A stretch of DNA of 13,465 bases from a virus, in UHGV virus genome UHGV-2124687; one strand, 5' to 3'. The position numbers and the translations under genes were made by a program. The notes beneath the pieces were generated by a model. The model was not told where the DNA came from. It was given only the letters and a program-made list of their open reading frames with translations, and made no database searches. Below are positions 7,340-13,465 of this stretch, piece after piece. The first letter of the stretch is position 1; every line of letters begins with the position of its first letter.

Positions 7340-7541
7340 GTTAACACCTTTAATGAAGGAAACCGTCTGGGCGCAATTTATTATAGTTTTTATATATTTC
7401 CATTAAGTAACTTTGCTTTTGTTATTTACTGTGCCTTCCATGGGCGCGGAAAGCATATTAAAAAAAGCTACTCATATCTTCAATTCACCAATTTTGGTGG
7501 GGCAATAGTTGCGCTGGAGCGTACAACTTACCATACAAGCG

Positions 7542-7560
7542 NNNNNNNNNNNNNNNNNNN
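7542..7560. other. Run of 19 N (gap or masked bases)
   Basis: Literal n characters in the sequence. Confidence 1.
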
Positions 7561-7569
7561 CGGCAATAC

Positions 7570-7590
7570 AGGCCTCCTTGGAGGCCTTTT
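7570..7590 (+). terminator. Candidate intrinsic terminator
   Basis: GGCCUC / GAGGCC stem followed by UUUU; sits just after the N gap, so its transcript is unknown. Confidence 0.4.
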
Positions 7591-7607
7591 CGATGCTTAG
7601 AGTGTAT

Positions 7608-7722
7608 AGGTGGTGCTGGTTAACTGAAGCAATGGTGAGGGATAATCTGCCGTAGTTGTGTCAGCAGAAACAAATGGCAGCTTAATAAAATATTGCTAAT
7701 TAAACCCGGTACGGCAGGTTTT
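7608..7722 (+). ncRNA. Copy A of a ~100-nt terminator-ending element (candidate sRNA family; terminator stem degenerate in this copy)
   Basis: About 78% identical by eye to 10912-11029; shared blocks GCAATgGTGAGGG, CAGCAGAAA, TAATAAAA, TGCTAATT, AACCCGnTACGGCnGGTTTT. Confidence 0.25.
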
Positions 7723-7752
7723 CTTTTTCACTTCATCAATCTCTGCTACGAT

Positions 7753-7781
7753 TCCCTATCTTTTACTGATGGGGATAGGGA
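7753..7781 (+). promoter_or_regulatory. Hairpin that would sequester the RBS of the small peptide gene
   Basis: 8-bp inverted repeat TCCCTATC / GATAGGGA with a 13-nt loop; the 3' arm is the G-rich SD-like stretch ending 2 nt before the ATG at 7783. Confidence 0.4.
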
Positions 7782-7782
7782 T

Positions 7783-7950
7783 ATGAAGAAAGTTCTTGTT
7801 GCTTTATTGTTGTCACTTTTCTCAGTGACAGCAACGGCAGCAAACAAGCCATGCTCAGGTAAGAAAGGCGGAATATCGCATTGCTCGGGTGAAAAGTTTG
7901 TTTGTAATGATGGCTCTATCAGCAAGTCTAAGAAGGTTTGTCAGAAATAG
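7783..7950 (+). CDS. Small secreted peptide, 55 aa: signal peptide plus ~33-aa Lys-rich mature part with four Cys
   Basis: Internal ATG of ORF 7693..7950; N-terminus MKKVLVALLLSLFSVTATAA looks like a Sec signal peptide (no lipobox); mature part NKPCSGKKGGISHCSGEKFVCNDGSISKSKKVCQK; terminator-like hairpin ~30 nt downstream. Confidence 0.55.
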   Translation: MKKVLVALLLSLFSVTATAANKPCSGKKGGISHCSGEKFVCNDGSISKSKKVCQK

Positions 7951-7982
7951 TTGCCGATAAATGGCACTCACCATCAAAAACA

Positions 7983-8004
7983 AACCCGCTATGGCTGGTT
8001 TTTT
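7983..8004 (+). terminator. Terminator hairpin, third copy of the element's 3' module
   Basis: AACCCGCUAUGGCUGGUUUUUU, one mismatch in the stem; same module as at 7703-7725 and 11007-11029, followed by the same ACTC tail. Confidence 0.4.
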
Positions 8005-8070
8005 ACTCTCTATTGGATACGCTATTTTTTAGGCATTAAGAGCGATTAGTAGGACGCTTCTGGAGAAGGC

Positions 8071-8268
8071 GTGGATTCAACGAACGACGAAGAAAAGCGC
8101 ATAGAATTTGAAAAATTCATCATTGAAAAGTTTGGTGATGCAGTTGATCTCCGCAGGGCGAAAAATGGCGATAACGGATATTTATCATGGGAGGCGGCAG
8201 TAGCATGGACTGTCTGGCGGGAGCGCTCATCTCATCATGAAACAACGTCTACCTCTGGCGAGAACTGA
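8071..8268 (+). CDS. Hypothetical acidic protein, 65 aa, GTG start
   Basis: GGAGAAGG directly upstream of the GTG at 8071; first ORF of three overlapping ORFs in three frames. Confidence 0.4.
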   Translation: MDSTNDEEKRIEFEKFIIEKFGDAVDLRRAKNGDNGYLSWEAAVAWTVWRERSSHHETTSTSGEN

Positions 8269-8461
8269 TTTAGTATGGTGCTGCCCGGAGCTTCCTGTTA
8301 ATCACTATGTACTCCCGTTTAGCCACGTCATTTTAGATTTGGTTTTGGTCCGCTATGAGCGAGGAGCAGAAGTTCGTAATTCCTTTAGACAATCCTCCAG
8401 GGAGGTTATGATAAAATATACAGCCATAAAGCCTATAGGGAGTGGACATGACATTGTTTGA
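8237..8461 (+). CDS. Hypothetical protein, 74 aa (weakly supported)
   Basis: ORF-track ORF overlapping its neighbours by 32 nt and 20 nt; weak RBS. May be a frameshifted remnant. Confidence 0.25.
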   Translation: MKQRLPLARTDLVWCCPELPVNHYVLPFSHVILDLVLVRYERGAEVRNSFRQSSREVMIKYTAIKPIGSGHDIV

Positions 8462-8822
8462 GGAATGTAAGGAACTGCTCAAGACAGATTTTAATGTTGT
8501 GGAAGGGGATGATTTGAGCGCGATAATGGATATTTTTCATCAATATCCATGGCATAGCGGTAATCTCAGATGGTCGGAAATGGACTTCAGCGATTATGAA
8601 CTTAGTCATGATATGTTTAACGGGGGCGGTTTAGGCAATGAAACTGTATTTGTCATAGCGGATGATGCGAATGTACCCGTGTTCAGAACCCATCTACAAC
8701 TCATTGTCGATAATATCTACGATGTCATCGCCATATCACCTAACCTATTTATTTTTAATGATAAAATAATGATTAAACCTTTATTCCCTCATAATTATAT
8801 ACGGTTTGGTCTGCGAAAGTGA
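8442..8822 (+). CDS. Hypothetical protein, 126 aa, strongly AT-rich
   Basis: GGGAG upstream of the ATG; AT-rich codon usage unlike the phage backbone. Immunity-protein-like is only a guess; no family recognised. Confidence 0.45.
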   Translation: MDMTLFEECKELLKTDFNVVEGDDLSAIMDIFHQYPWHSGNLRWSEMDFSDYELSHDMFNGGGLGNETVFVIADDANVPVFRTHLQLIVDNIYDVIAISPNLFIFNDKIMIKPLFPHNYIRFGLRK

Positions 8823-9091
8823 TGAGCAGAAATACTGACCAGCTCCCCGTTGTTCAACTAAGACTTGTTATTGACAACTTCCGCTAATGGCACGGAGCGG
8901 ACAGGCCAAGCGACTTGTCAGGTCGGCTATGAGCGAAAAGCTGACATTAATTAAACCACAGGAAAGCTACCTGTCCAGAGAGAATGGTCAGGGGAGCAAA
9001 CGGTGAGCTCCATTAAGTTGTCGCTGCTTTTCTCGGGCTGTCAGCGCAAGCCGGAGATGGGCAGAAAAAAAGTCGTGTCTGGATCGCTAAA

Positions 9092-9587
9092 TCAAAGTGT
9101 CATCATCATTTCATGCCATGCCATTCCACCGTGGTCCGATTCTGACGGTTTGATGTACTGGTAACCAAAATGGGCGTACAGATCGACGTGGCGGTCTTTG
9201 CACATCAGGTGAATGGTTTTTTTGTTCATTGCTATCATGCGCGTCACAAATTCACGCATCAGTAATGATGAATATCCTTTGCCCTGGTAATCAGGGTGCA
9301 CCACGACAGACATAATCACTGCATTGGGTGCATCCGGATCGTGACCTACCAGTTCTTTGAACTCTTCGTCGGACATCACGACTTCCCACGCACAGCCCGC
9401 ATTAATGAAACCAATAACGTCACCGTTCAACTCCATGCATANNNNNNNNNNNNNNNNNNNNNNNNNNNNNNNNNNNNNNNNNNNNNNNNNNNNNNNNNNN
9501 NNNNNNNNNNNNNNNNNNTGTGATTTCAATATCATAGCAACGATCAACATCGGCATCAGTGGCCTGACGGAATACAGGGGTAGACAT
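9092..9587 (-). CDS. GNAT-family N-acetyltransferase, interrupted by the N run
   Basis: Start reconstructed by hand at 9587 (MSTPVFRQATDADVDRCYDIEIT...), upstream of the track ORF 9092..9556; downstream part has a GNAT-like core (HPDYQGKGYSSLLMREFV). Frame across the gap is undefined. Confidence 0.8.
9442..9518. other. Run of 77 N (gap or masked bases) inside the GNAT gene
   Basis: Literal n characters in the sequence. Confidence 1.
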
Positions 9588-9723
9588 AGCCTTGCCTCTT
9601 CAGATTCATTTGTTTGGAATTATACTATCTTTTTTTTATCCTGCTTTCGCTGCATTTTATTCAACACTAAAATGTAGAATATTCATTTATTGTGTTTTAA
9701 ATAATATCTGAGAAAGAAGAATC

Positions 9724-10695
9724 ATGATGTCAACGTTGCGCAAGATCGATCTGAATTTATTGCTTATATTCGATTCTCTTTATCGGCATGGAAGCGTGAC
9801 GGAGGCCGCCAACGAACTGGCACTAAGCCCATCCGCACTAAGTCATGCGCTCAATCGCTTACGTACATCACTGGACGATCCCTTATTCGTGCGCACTGGT
9901 GGAAGCATGGTGCCCACGTCAAAAGCTGAAAGCATTGCAGCAAGTATTTCTGCCGCTCTAGGAAGTCTCTCGTCCTGCCTGCATGAGCCAGAACACTTTG
10001 AGCCGGAAAAAAGCCGGGAGAGTTTTACCTTTGCTGCTACGGACTACACTGCCGCCGCTATCCTGCCAAGCTTGATCGCGAGGGTTAACAGCCTTGCGCC
10101 GGGCATTACCATTAAGCTTATCTACTCACGCGATTTTAACGCCGACGAAGATTTGCTTTCAGGCAAAGTTGATTTCGCCCTTGGCTTTGAAGAAGAGCAG
10201 AAAGCCCCACGGCGCGGCATAGAGTCGATTACTTGCTTTACTGATGATTACGTGGTTGCAGTGCGACGCGGTCATCCTAATATCCAGGATTCCCTTACCC
10301 AAGAGCGTTATCTGAGCGCCGGACACGTAGTGGTGCGTCCATGGTTGGAAAGACGGGGGGGGATCGACCGTTATCTGGAAAGTCAGCAGGTACGTCGCCG
10401 GGTCGTTGTTGAATTGCCAAGCCTGATGATTGCCCCAATTATCGTTTCGAATACTGATCTGGTTATCACGCTTCCCAAGCGGGGGATCTCATCAGTTTTT
10501 GATATGAAAAATCTGGTGGTGTTTGCTCCCCCGTTCCCGACACCACAGTACATTTTGAAAGCCTATTACAGCCCGGCACTCGGTAACTCGCCAGGGCATA
10601 TATGGATGAGGGGGCAAATTTTGCAGGTTTGTGATCCGCTAAATCCGGCGATGCCAGTAATTGCTGTCGATACAAATTCTGGTACAGAAAGGTAA
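9724..10695 (+). CDS. LysR-family transcriptional regulator, 323 aa
   Basis: N-terminal LysR-type HTH (KIDLNLLLIFDSLYRHGSVTEAANELALSPSALSHALNRLR) and typical length; divergent from the GNAT gene across a 136-bp AT-rich region. Confidence 0.9.
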   Translation: MMSTLRKIDLNLLLIFDSLYRHGSVTEAANELALSPSALSHALNRLRTSLDDPLFVRTGGSMVPTSKAESIAASISAALGSLSSCLHEPEHFEPEKSRESFTFAATDYTAAAILPSLIARVNSLAPGITIKLIYSRDFNADEDLLSGKVDFALGFEEEQKAPRRGIESITCFTDDYVVAVRRGHPNIQDSLTQERYLSAGHVVVRPWLERRGGIDRYLESQQVRRRVVVELPSLMIAPIIVSNTDLVITLPKRGISSVFDMKNLVVFAPPFPTPQYILKAYYSPALGNSPGHIWMRGQILQVCDPLNPAMPVIAVDTNSGTER

Positions 10696-10911
10696 TCCGA
10701 TCATCTTTACTGCTCTCTAACTAGCTATCAGTTTAATGAATTCCTAGTAATTTAAAGCAGGGAGCGTTCATTATGTGACTCATGTCGAAGCTTAGTGTCA
10801 GGGAGAGAGGTAGTAAGACTTCGAAATTGTTGGACGTCTGCTTCTGGCACTATCCAGCCCTTTGCTGATTGAAAAAGACGAATGAAAGTTGGATACGCTT
10901 TACCTCATGGT

Positions 10912-11029
10912 CACACAGTTGCTCACTGATGATGCAATAGTGAGGGCGAATCTCTCGGATTGTGCCAGCAGAAAGAAACTGCCGCATAATAAAACACTGC
11001 TAATTCAACCCGCTACGGCGGGTTTTTTT
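10912..11029 (+). ncRNA. Copy B of the ~100-nt element, ending in a perfect intrinsic terminator (candidate sRNA)
   Basis: Homologous to 7608-7722; terminator AACCCGC-UACG-GCGGGUU then seven U at 11007-11029. Lies between the LysR stop and the dinI promoter with no ORF. Confidence 0.3.
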
Positions 11030-11096
11030 GTTTTACTCCTGACAGGAAATTAACAATTTGTGCTCTTAAAACGTTGATCATTTCCGTGCATGAGTA

Positions 11097-11116
11097 TACT
11101 GTATAAAAAAACAGTA
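11097..11116. promoter_or_regulatory. LexA box (SOS operator) over the dinI promoter
   Basis: TACTGTATAAAAAAACAGTA matches the CTGT-N8-ACAG consensus; overlaps a TATACT -10-like hexamer (11095-11100) with TTGATC at 11074-11079. Confidence 0.75.
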
Positions 11117-11134
11117 TATGCAATGGAGGCCATT

Positions 11135-11371
11135 ATGAAAGTTGAATTAACCATTGATCGCATGAAAGAACTTCCTAAAGGCGCGGTTCCAGCACTGGAG
11201 AAAGAATTACTTAACCGCCTGAATGATCACTATGACAATTGCAGGCTTACAATCCGGCGCGCAGGGTCGAATGGGTTAAGTGTTTTTGGCGGTGACAAGG
11301 ACGATAAAAAGAAAATTGAATCAATCCTCCAGGATACCTGGGAAAGTGCAGACGAGTGGTTTGTTAATTAA
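11135..11371 (+). CDS. dinI: DinI-family DNA-damage-inducible protein, 78 aa
   Basis: GGAGG 5 nt upstream of the ATG; MKVELTIDRMKELPKGAVPALEKEL...LSVFGGDKDDKKKIESILQDTWESADEWFVN closely matches recalled E. coli DinI. Confidence 0.9.
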   Translation: MKVELTIDRMKELPKGAVPALEKELLNRLNDHYDNCRLTIRRAGSNGLSVFGGDKDDKKKIESILQDTWESADEWFVN

Positions 11372-11383
11372 CACCCCTTAGCT

Positions 11384-11406
11384 GGTAGCTCCTGCTGCCA
11401 TTTTTT
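11384..11406 (+). terminator. Candidate intrinsic terminator after dinI
   Basis: GGUAGC-UCCU-GCUGCC (one G-U pair) then AUUUUUU, 13 nt after the dinI stop. Confidence 0.5.
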
Positions 11407-11492
11407 AAATCGAGTTTCCGCATCGCCTCGCGCAATTATTGCCAGGTAATTCAGGTCGATTCAGGTGTGGGAATCTTTGCAAGGGGCATCTC

Positions 11493-11675
11493 ATGCAAAT
11501 TCCGGATGATTTAATCCCAGGGTTGCCGGAGCACACTGGCCCGGTTCTGATTTATTTCGTGAAGGGGAGCGTGGTGAGGGGATTCGCTTTACGTAAAGAT
11601 GAATTTGTTACGTCTTTGCGGGCATTGGAAGAGGCCAGAAAGAAAGCTGGTCTTCCTGTTTATGATGCAGGATAA
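11493..11675 (+). CDS. Hypothetical nin-region protein, 60 aa
   Basis: Internal ATG of ORF 11439..11675 with AAGGGG upstream; no family recognised. Confidence 0.45.
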   Translation: MQIPDDLIPGLPEHTGPVLIYFVKGSVVRGFALRKDEFVTSLRALEEARKKAGLPVYDAG

Positions 11676-11820
11676 GTTAGGTTATACTCAAACACGGGTC
11701 TGAACAGCCCGCTGAGTAACACTGCGCCAACCGGGAAAACGCCATGGCGCATAAAACTGAATTACCCCATTCACACCGTTCCTTCGTGAGCGGTGTCGCT
11801 GTTTGTGCTGGTGGTGCAGC

Positions 11821-12129
11821 ATGAGCAGATCAAAGACCAAAGCCGAACAACTTCATCTTTCCCGCGTAGTCGTGCTGGGCTGTATTGTCTGCAAAAACCT
11901 GAATCTGGGTGAAACCCCAGCAGAGATACATCACATCCGAACTGGTCAGGGAGCTGGCCAGCGCGCTGACAATTTCAAAGTTATTCCTCTTTGCCCAATC
12001 CATCATCGCCAGGGCGGACACGGCGTAGCCATTCACGCTGGCCGCCAGTCCTGGGAAAACAATTACGGTACTGAAACAGAGCTGCTGGTGCAGGTTCTCT
12101 ACGAACTGGGGGAATCGACTTATGCCTGA
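11821..12129 (+). CDS. YbcO/Ref-like putative metal-binding nuclease, 102 aa
   Basis: Cys/His pattern (GCIVC...HHIRTG...CPIHH) and position directly upstream of a rusA-like gene, as in DLP12 ybcO-rusA. Family from memory. Confidence 0.55.
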   Translation: MSRSKTKAEQLHLSRVVVLGCIVCKNLNLGETPAEIHHIRTGQGAGQRADNFKVIPLCPIHHRQGGHGVAIHAGRQSWENNYGTETELLVQVLYELGESTYA

Positions 12130-12481
12130 ATATAAAATCTCTCCCGTTGGTAAGCCCAGAATGACCCGCGCTGATAAATGGAAAAAGCGCCCCGAGGTTC
12201 TGCGTTACCGGGCTTTCTGTGATGAAGTGCGTCTGCAGGGTATTGAGCTGCCGGAAAGTGGCTCGCATGTCACCTTCATCCTTCCGATGCCAGCGAGCTG
12301 GAGCAAAAAGAAACGGGCTGAGTTCAACGGTAAACCGCACCAGGCTAAACCTGATTTCGACAACATGATGAAAGCCCTGATGGACGCTATTTACGAAAAT
12401 GATGCTCATATATGGGATGTACGGGTATCAAAATTATGGGGTGAAACAGGGAGAATTATTATTGAGGAGCTAAAAGCATGA
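12122..12481 (+). CDS. rusA: RusA-family Holliday junction resolvase, 119 aa
   Basis: Acidic motif KPDFDNMMKALMDAIYENDAHIWDVRV parallels the RusA catalytic Asp cluster; start overlaps the upstream gene; stop overlaps the next start (ATGA). Confidence 0.7.
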   Translation: MPEYKISPVGKPRMTRADKWKKRPEVLRYRAFCDEVRLQGIELPESGSHVTFILPMPASWSKKKRAEFNGKPHQAKPDFDNMMKALMDAIYENDAHIWDVRVSKLWGETGRIIIEELKA

Positions 12482-13077
12482 CGCCACGCCAACGAAGACT
12501 ACAGCAGTCAGCACTTGAAAAAGCAGCAGTTGCGCCGCGTAAAAGCTGGCTGGGTAAATGCATTCTTCTGACGGGGATTCAGTCCGGATGGATTAAATCC
12601 CTGCTCACTACATGGGGCGAGGGTGTGGGAGGTAAAACAGCACCTCGTATGCCGCGGGGCCATGCGTGCTGGAATGTGCTTAAGGGACGGAACTGGTCAG
12701 ATAAGGCGCTTGAGCGTTTCACTGCTGCGTTGAATCAGGCGAGAGAAGAGGGATTCCGTGGACAGCAGGCAATGAACAGGGCACATAGCATTCTCTGGCC
12801 CCAGTCCCCCGCCAGTGTGATTGACGAGGCCCTGCATAATGACGATGTCGATTTTGTTGAGCAATGCGTACTGCAGGCTCTGGATATTAACGATCCGGTT
12901 TATGTTGTTGGTCTTCAGTATTACACCACTCGAAAAAAAATCTCAGACATAACCCGGGAACTGCAGACGATTGCACCATGGTTAACTGACGGGGAGGCGA
13001 GAAAGCGCGTGCGCTGGTGCCTGGAAATATTCAGAGCAAAGGTCTTTTTGGAGGCACGCAAACAACTATCTGAATAG
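12478..13077 (+). CDS. Putative late-gene antiterminator (Q-like), 199 aa
   Basis: Called mainly on position: coupled downstream of rusA and directly upstream of a promoter plus terminator unit. Sequence family not confirmed. Confidence 0.55.
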   Translation: MTPRQRRLQQSALEKAAVAPRKSWLGKCILLTGIQSGWIKSLLTTWGEGVGGKTAPRMPRGHACWNVLKGRNWSDKALERFTAALNQAREEGFRGQQAMNRAHSILWPQSPASVIDEALHNDDVDFVEQCVLQALDINDPVYVVGLQYYTTRKKISDITRELQTIAPWLTDGEARKRVRWCLEIFRAKVFLEARKQLSE

Positions 13078-13125
13078 ACTCAATGAACCATTTTTAGCTA
13101 TTAGTGCTTTTTTTTGATAGTGGAG

Positions 13126-13153
13126 TTGAAAACGGGCCAGAAAATTAGATAAT
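13126..13153 (+). promoter_or_regulatory. Candidate late promoter (pR'-like): TTGAAA-N16-GATAAT
   Basis: Hexamers at 13126-13131 and 13148-13153, about 50 nt after the Q-like stop and about 70 nt before a strong terminator. Confidence 0.4.
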
Positions 13154-13223
13154 CCATTCATGCTTGGCAGAGCTGCGCCACGATGGCAGCGACGAAAAGC
13201 GAACAATTTGAATATAACGAGAA

Positions 13224-13244
13224 CCCCGCCAGCGCGGGGTTTTT
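13224..13244 (+). terminator. Rho-independent terminator (tR'-like)
   Basis: CCCCGC-CAGC-GCGGGG then UUUUU. Confidence 0.7.
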
Positions 13245-13259
13245 GCTTTCCGGCGATAC

Positions 13260-13302
13260 GACAGGGGTATTCGCGAACGTGCTACGGCACAGTACCCCTG
13301 TC
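13260..13302. repeat. 10-bp perfect inverted repeat (GACAGGGGTA / TACCCCTGTC) enclosing a smaller GTGC-TACG-GCAC hairpin
   Basis: Read directly, just after the tR'-like terminator; no U-run follows. Confidence 0.5.
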
Positions 13303-13465
13303 ACATCGTCGGTCTAATCATAGAAAATATAAAAGCGTGCCGTTTCGCGGGCTTTATCGTCTCTGGAGTCTGGGTGTCGAAAATTAAAACAATACCTAAT
13401 ACGATATATTTATCCTGACTTATCCAATTTTTCTGCAGAGGTATTTATCTTTGATAACACCATCA

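Larger units (their letters stand above)
1..13465. mobile_element. Internal segment of a lambdoid (Rac/Qin-like) prophage: early-left recombination genes, immunity region, replication module, nin-region cargo, Q and late promoter
   Basis: Gene order and orientation: recE-like and small genes leftward, DicA-like repressor divergent from YdaS/YdaT-like genes, O/P-like replication genes, dinI, YbcO-like, rusA, Q-like, then promoter plus terminator. No integrase or att site in window. Confidence 0.85.

Noticed and set aside
7313-7600. Plus-strand ORF of 95 aa containing X residues
   Set aside because: Spans the N run and a terminator hairpin; artefact of reading through undefined bases.
9092-9587. 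GNAT acetyltransferase as a toxin of a GNAT/RHH toxin-antitoxin pair
   Set aside because: No small antitoxin gene sits upstream on the same strand; the gene is instead divergent from a LysR regulator.
9296-9677. Plus-strand ORFs 9296..9523 and 9357..9677 with X residues
   Set aside because: Antisense to the GNAT gene and cross the 77-N gap.
10466-10675. Minus-strand ORF of 69 aa
   Set aside because: Antisense within the LysR gene.
11830-12409. Minus-strand ORFs 11830..12036 and 11981..12409
   Set aside because: Antisense to the coupled YbcO-like and rusA genes.
13160-13387. Plus-strand ORF of 75 aa
   Set aside because: Begins in the leader, reads through the tR'-like terminator and the nested inverted repeat, and has no RBS.
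1-13465. CRISPR array, tRNA, rRNA, integrase or transposase
   Set aside because: No regularly spaced short direct repeats, no cloverleaf-like sequence ending in CCA, and no ORF of recombinase size was seen; the iteron and element repeats are irregular and explained otherwise.

Overview
This window reads as an internal segment of a lambdoid (Rac/Qin-type) enterobacterial prophage, called by reading the sequence and the ORF track only; no database search was run, so all family names are from recalled motifs and gene order. Minus strand, left to right: the 5' ~1.47 kb of a large recE-like gene running off the left edge (absent from the ORF track because it has no in-window stop), two small early-left genes, then a DicA-like repressor (3054-3461). 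Plus strand: a divergent YdaS-like Cro and YdaT-like protein, a replication module (O-like initiator with an internal iteron cluster, lambda-P-like helicase loader), nin-type small genes, then dinI behind a canonical LexA box, a YbcO/Ref-like nuclease, rusA, a Q-like antiterminator and a late promoter/terminator pair. Two AT-rich accessory insertions interrupt this backbone and hold the best candidates for new biology: (i) a plus-strand gene with its own promoter and terminator at 2.45-2.9 kb, in the rexAB/sieB-equivalent position; (ii) a ~3.7 kb cargo block (7.3-11.0 kb) with a small membrane protein, a secreted Cys/Lys-rich peptide behind an RBS-sequestering hairpin, three overlapping unknown ORFs, and a divergent GNAT/LysR pair, all bracketed by two diverged copies of a ~100-nt terminator-ending element. 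Two N runs (7542-7560, 9442-9518) are gaps or masking; the second interrupts the GNAT gene. No CRISPR array, tRNA, rRNA, integrase or transposase was seen.
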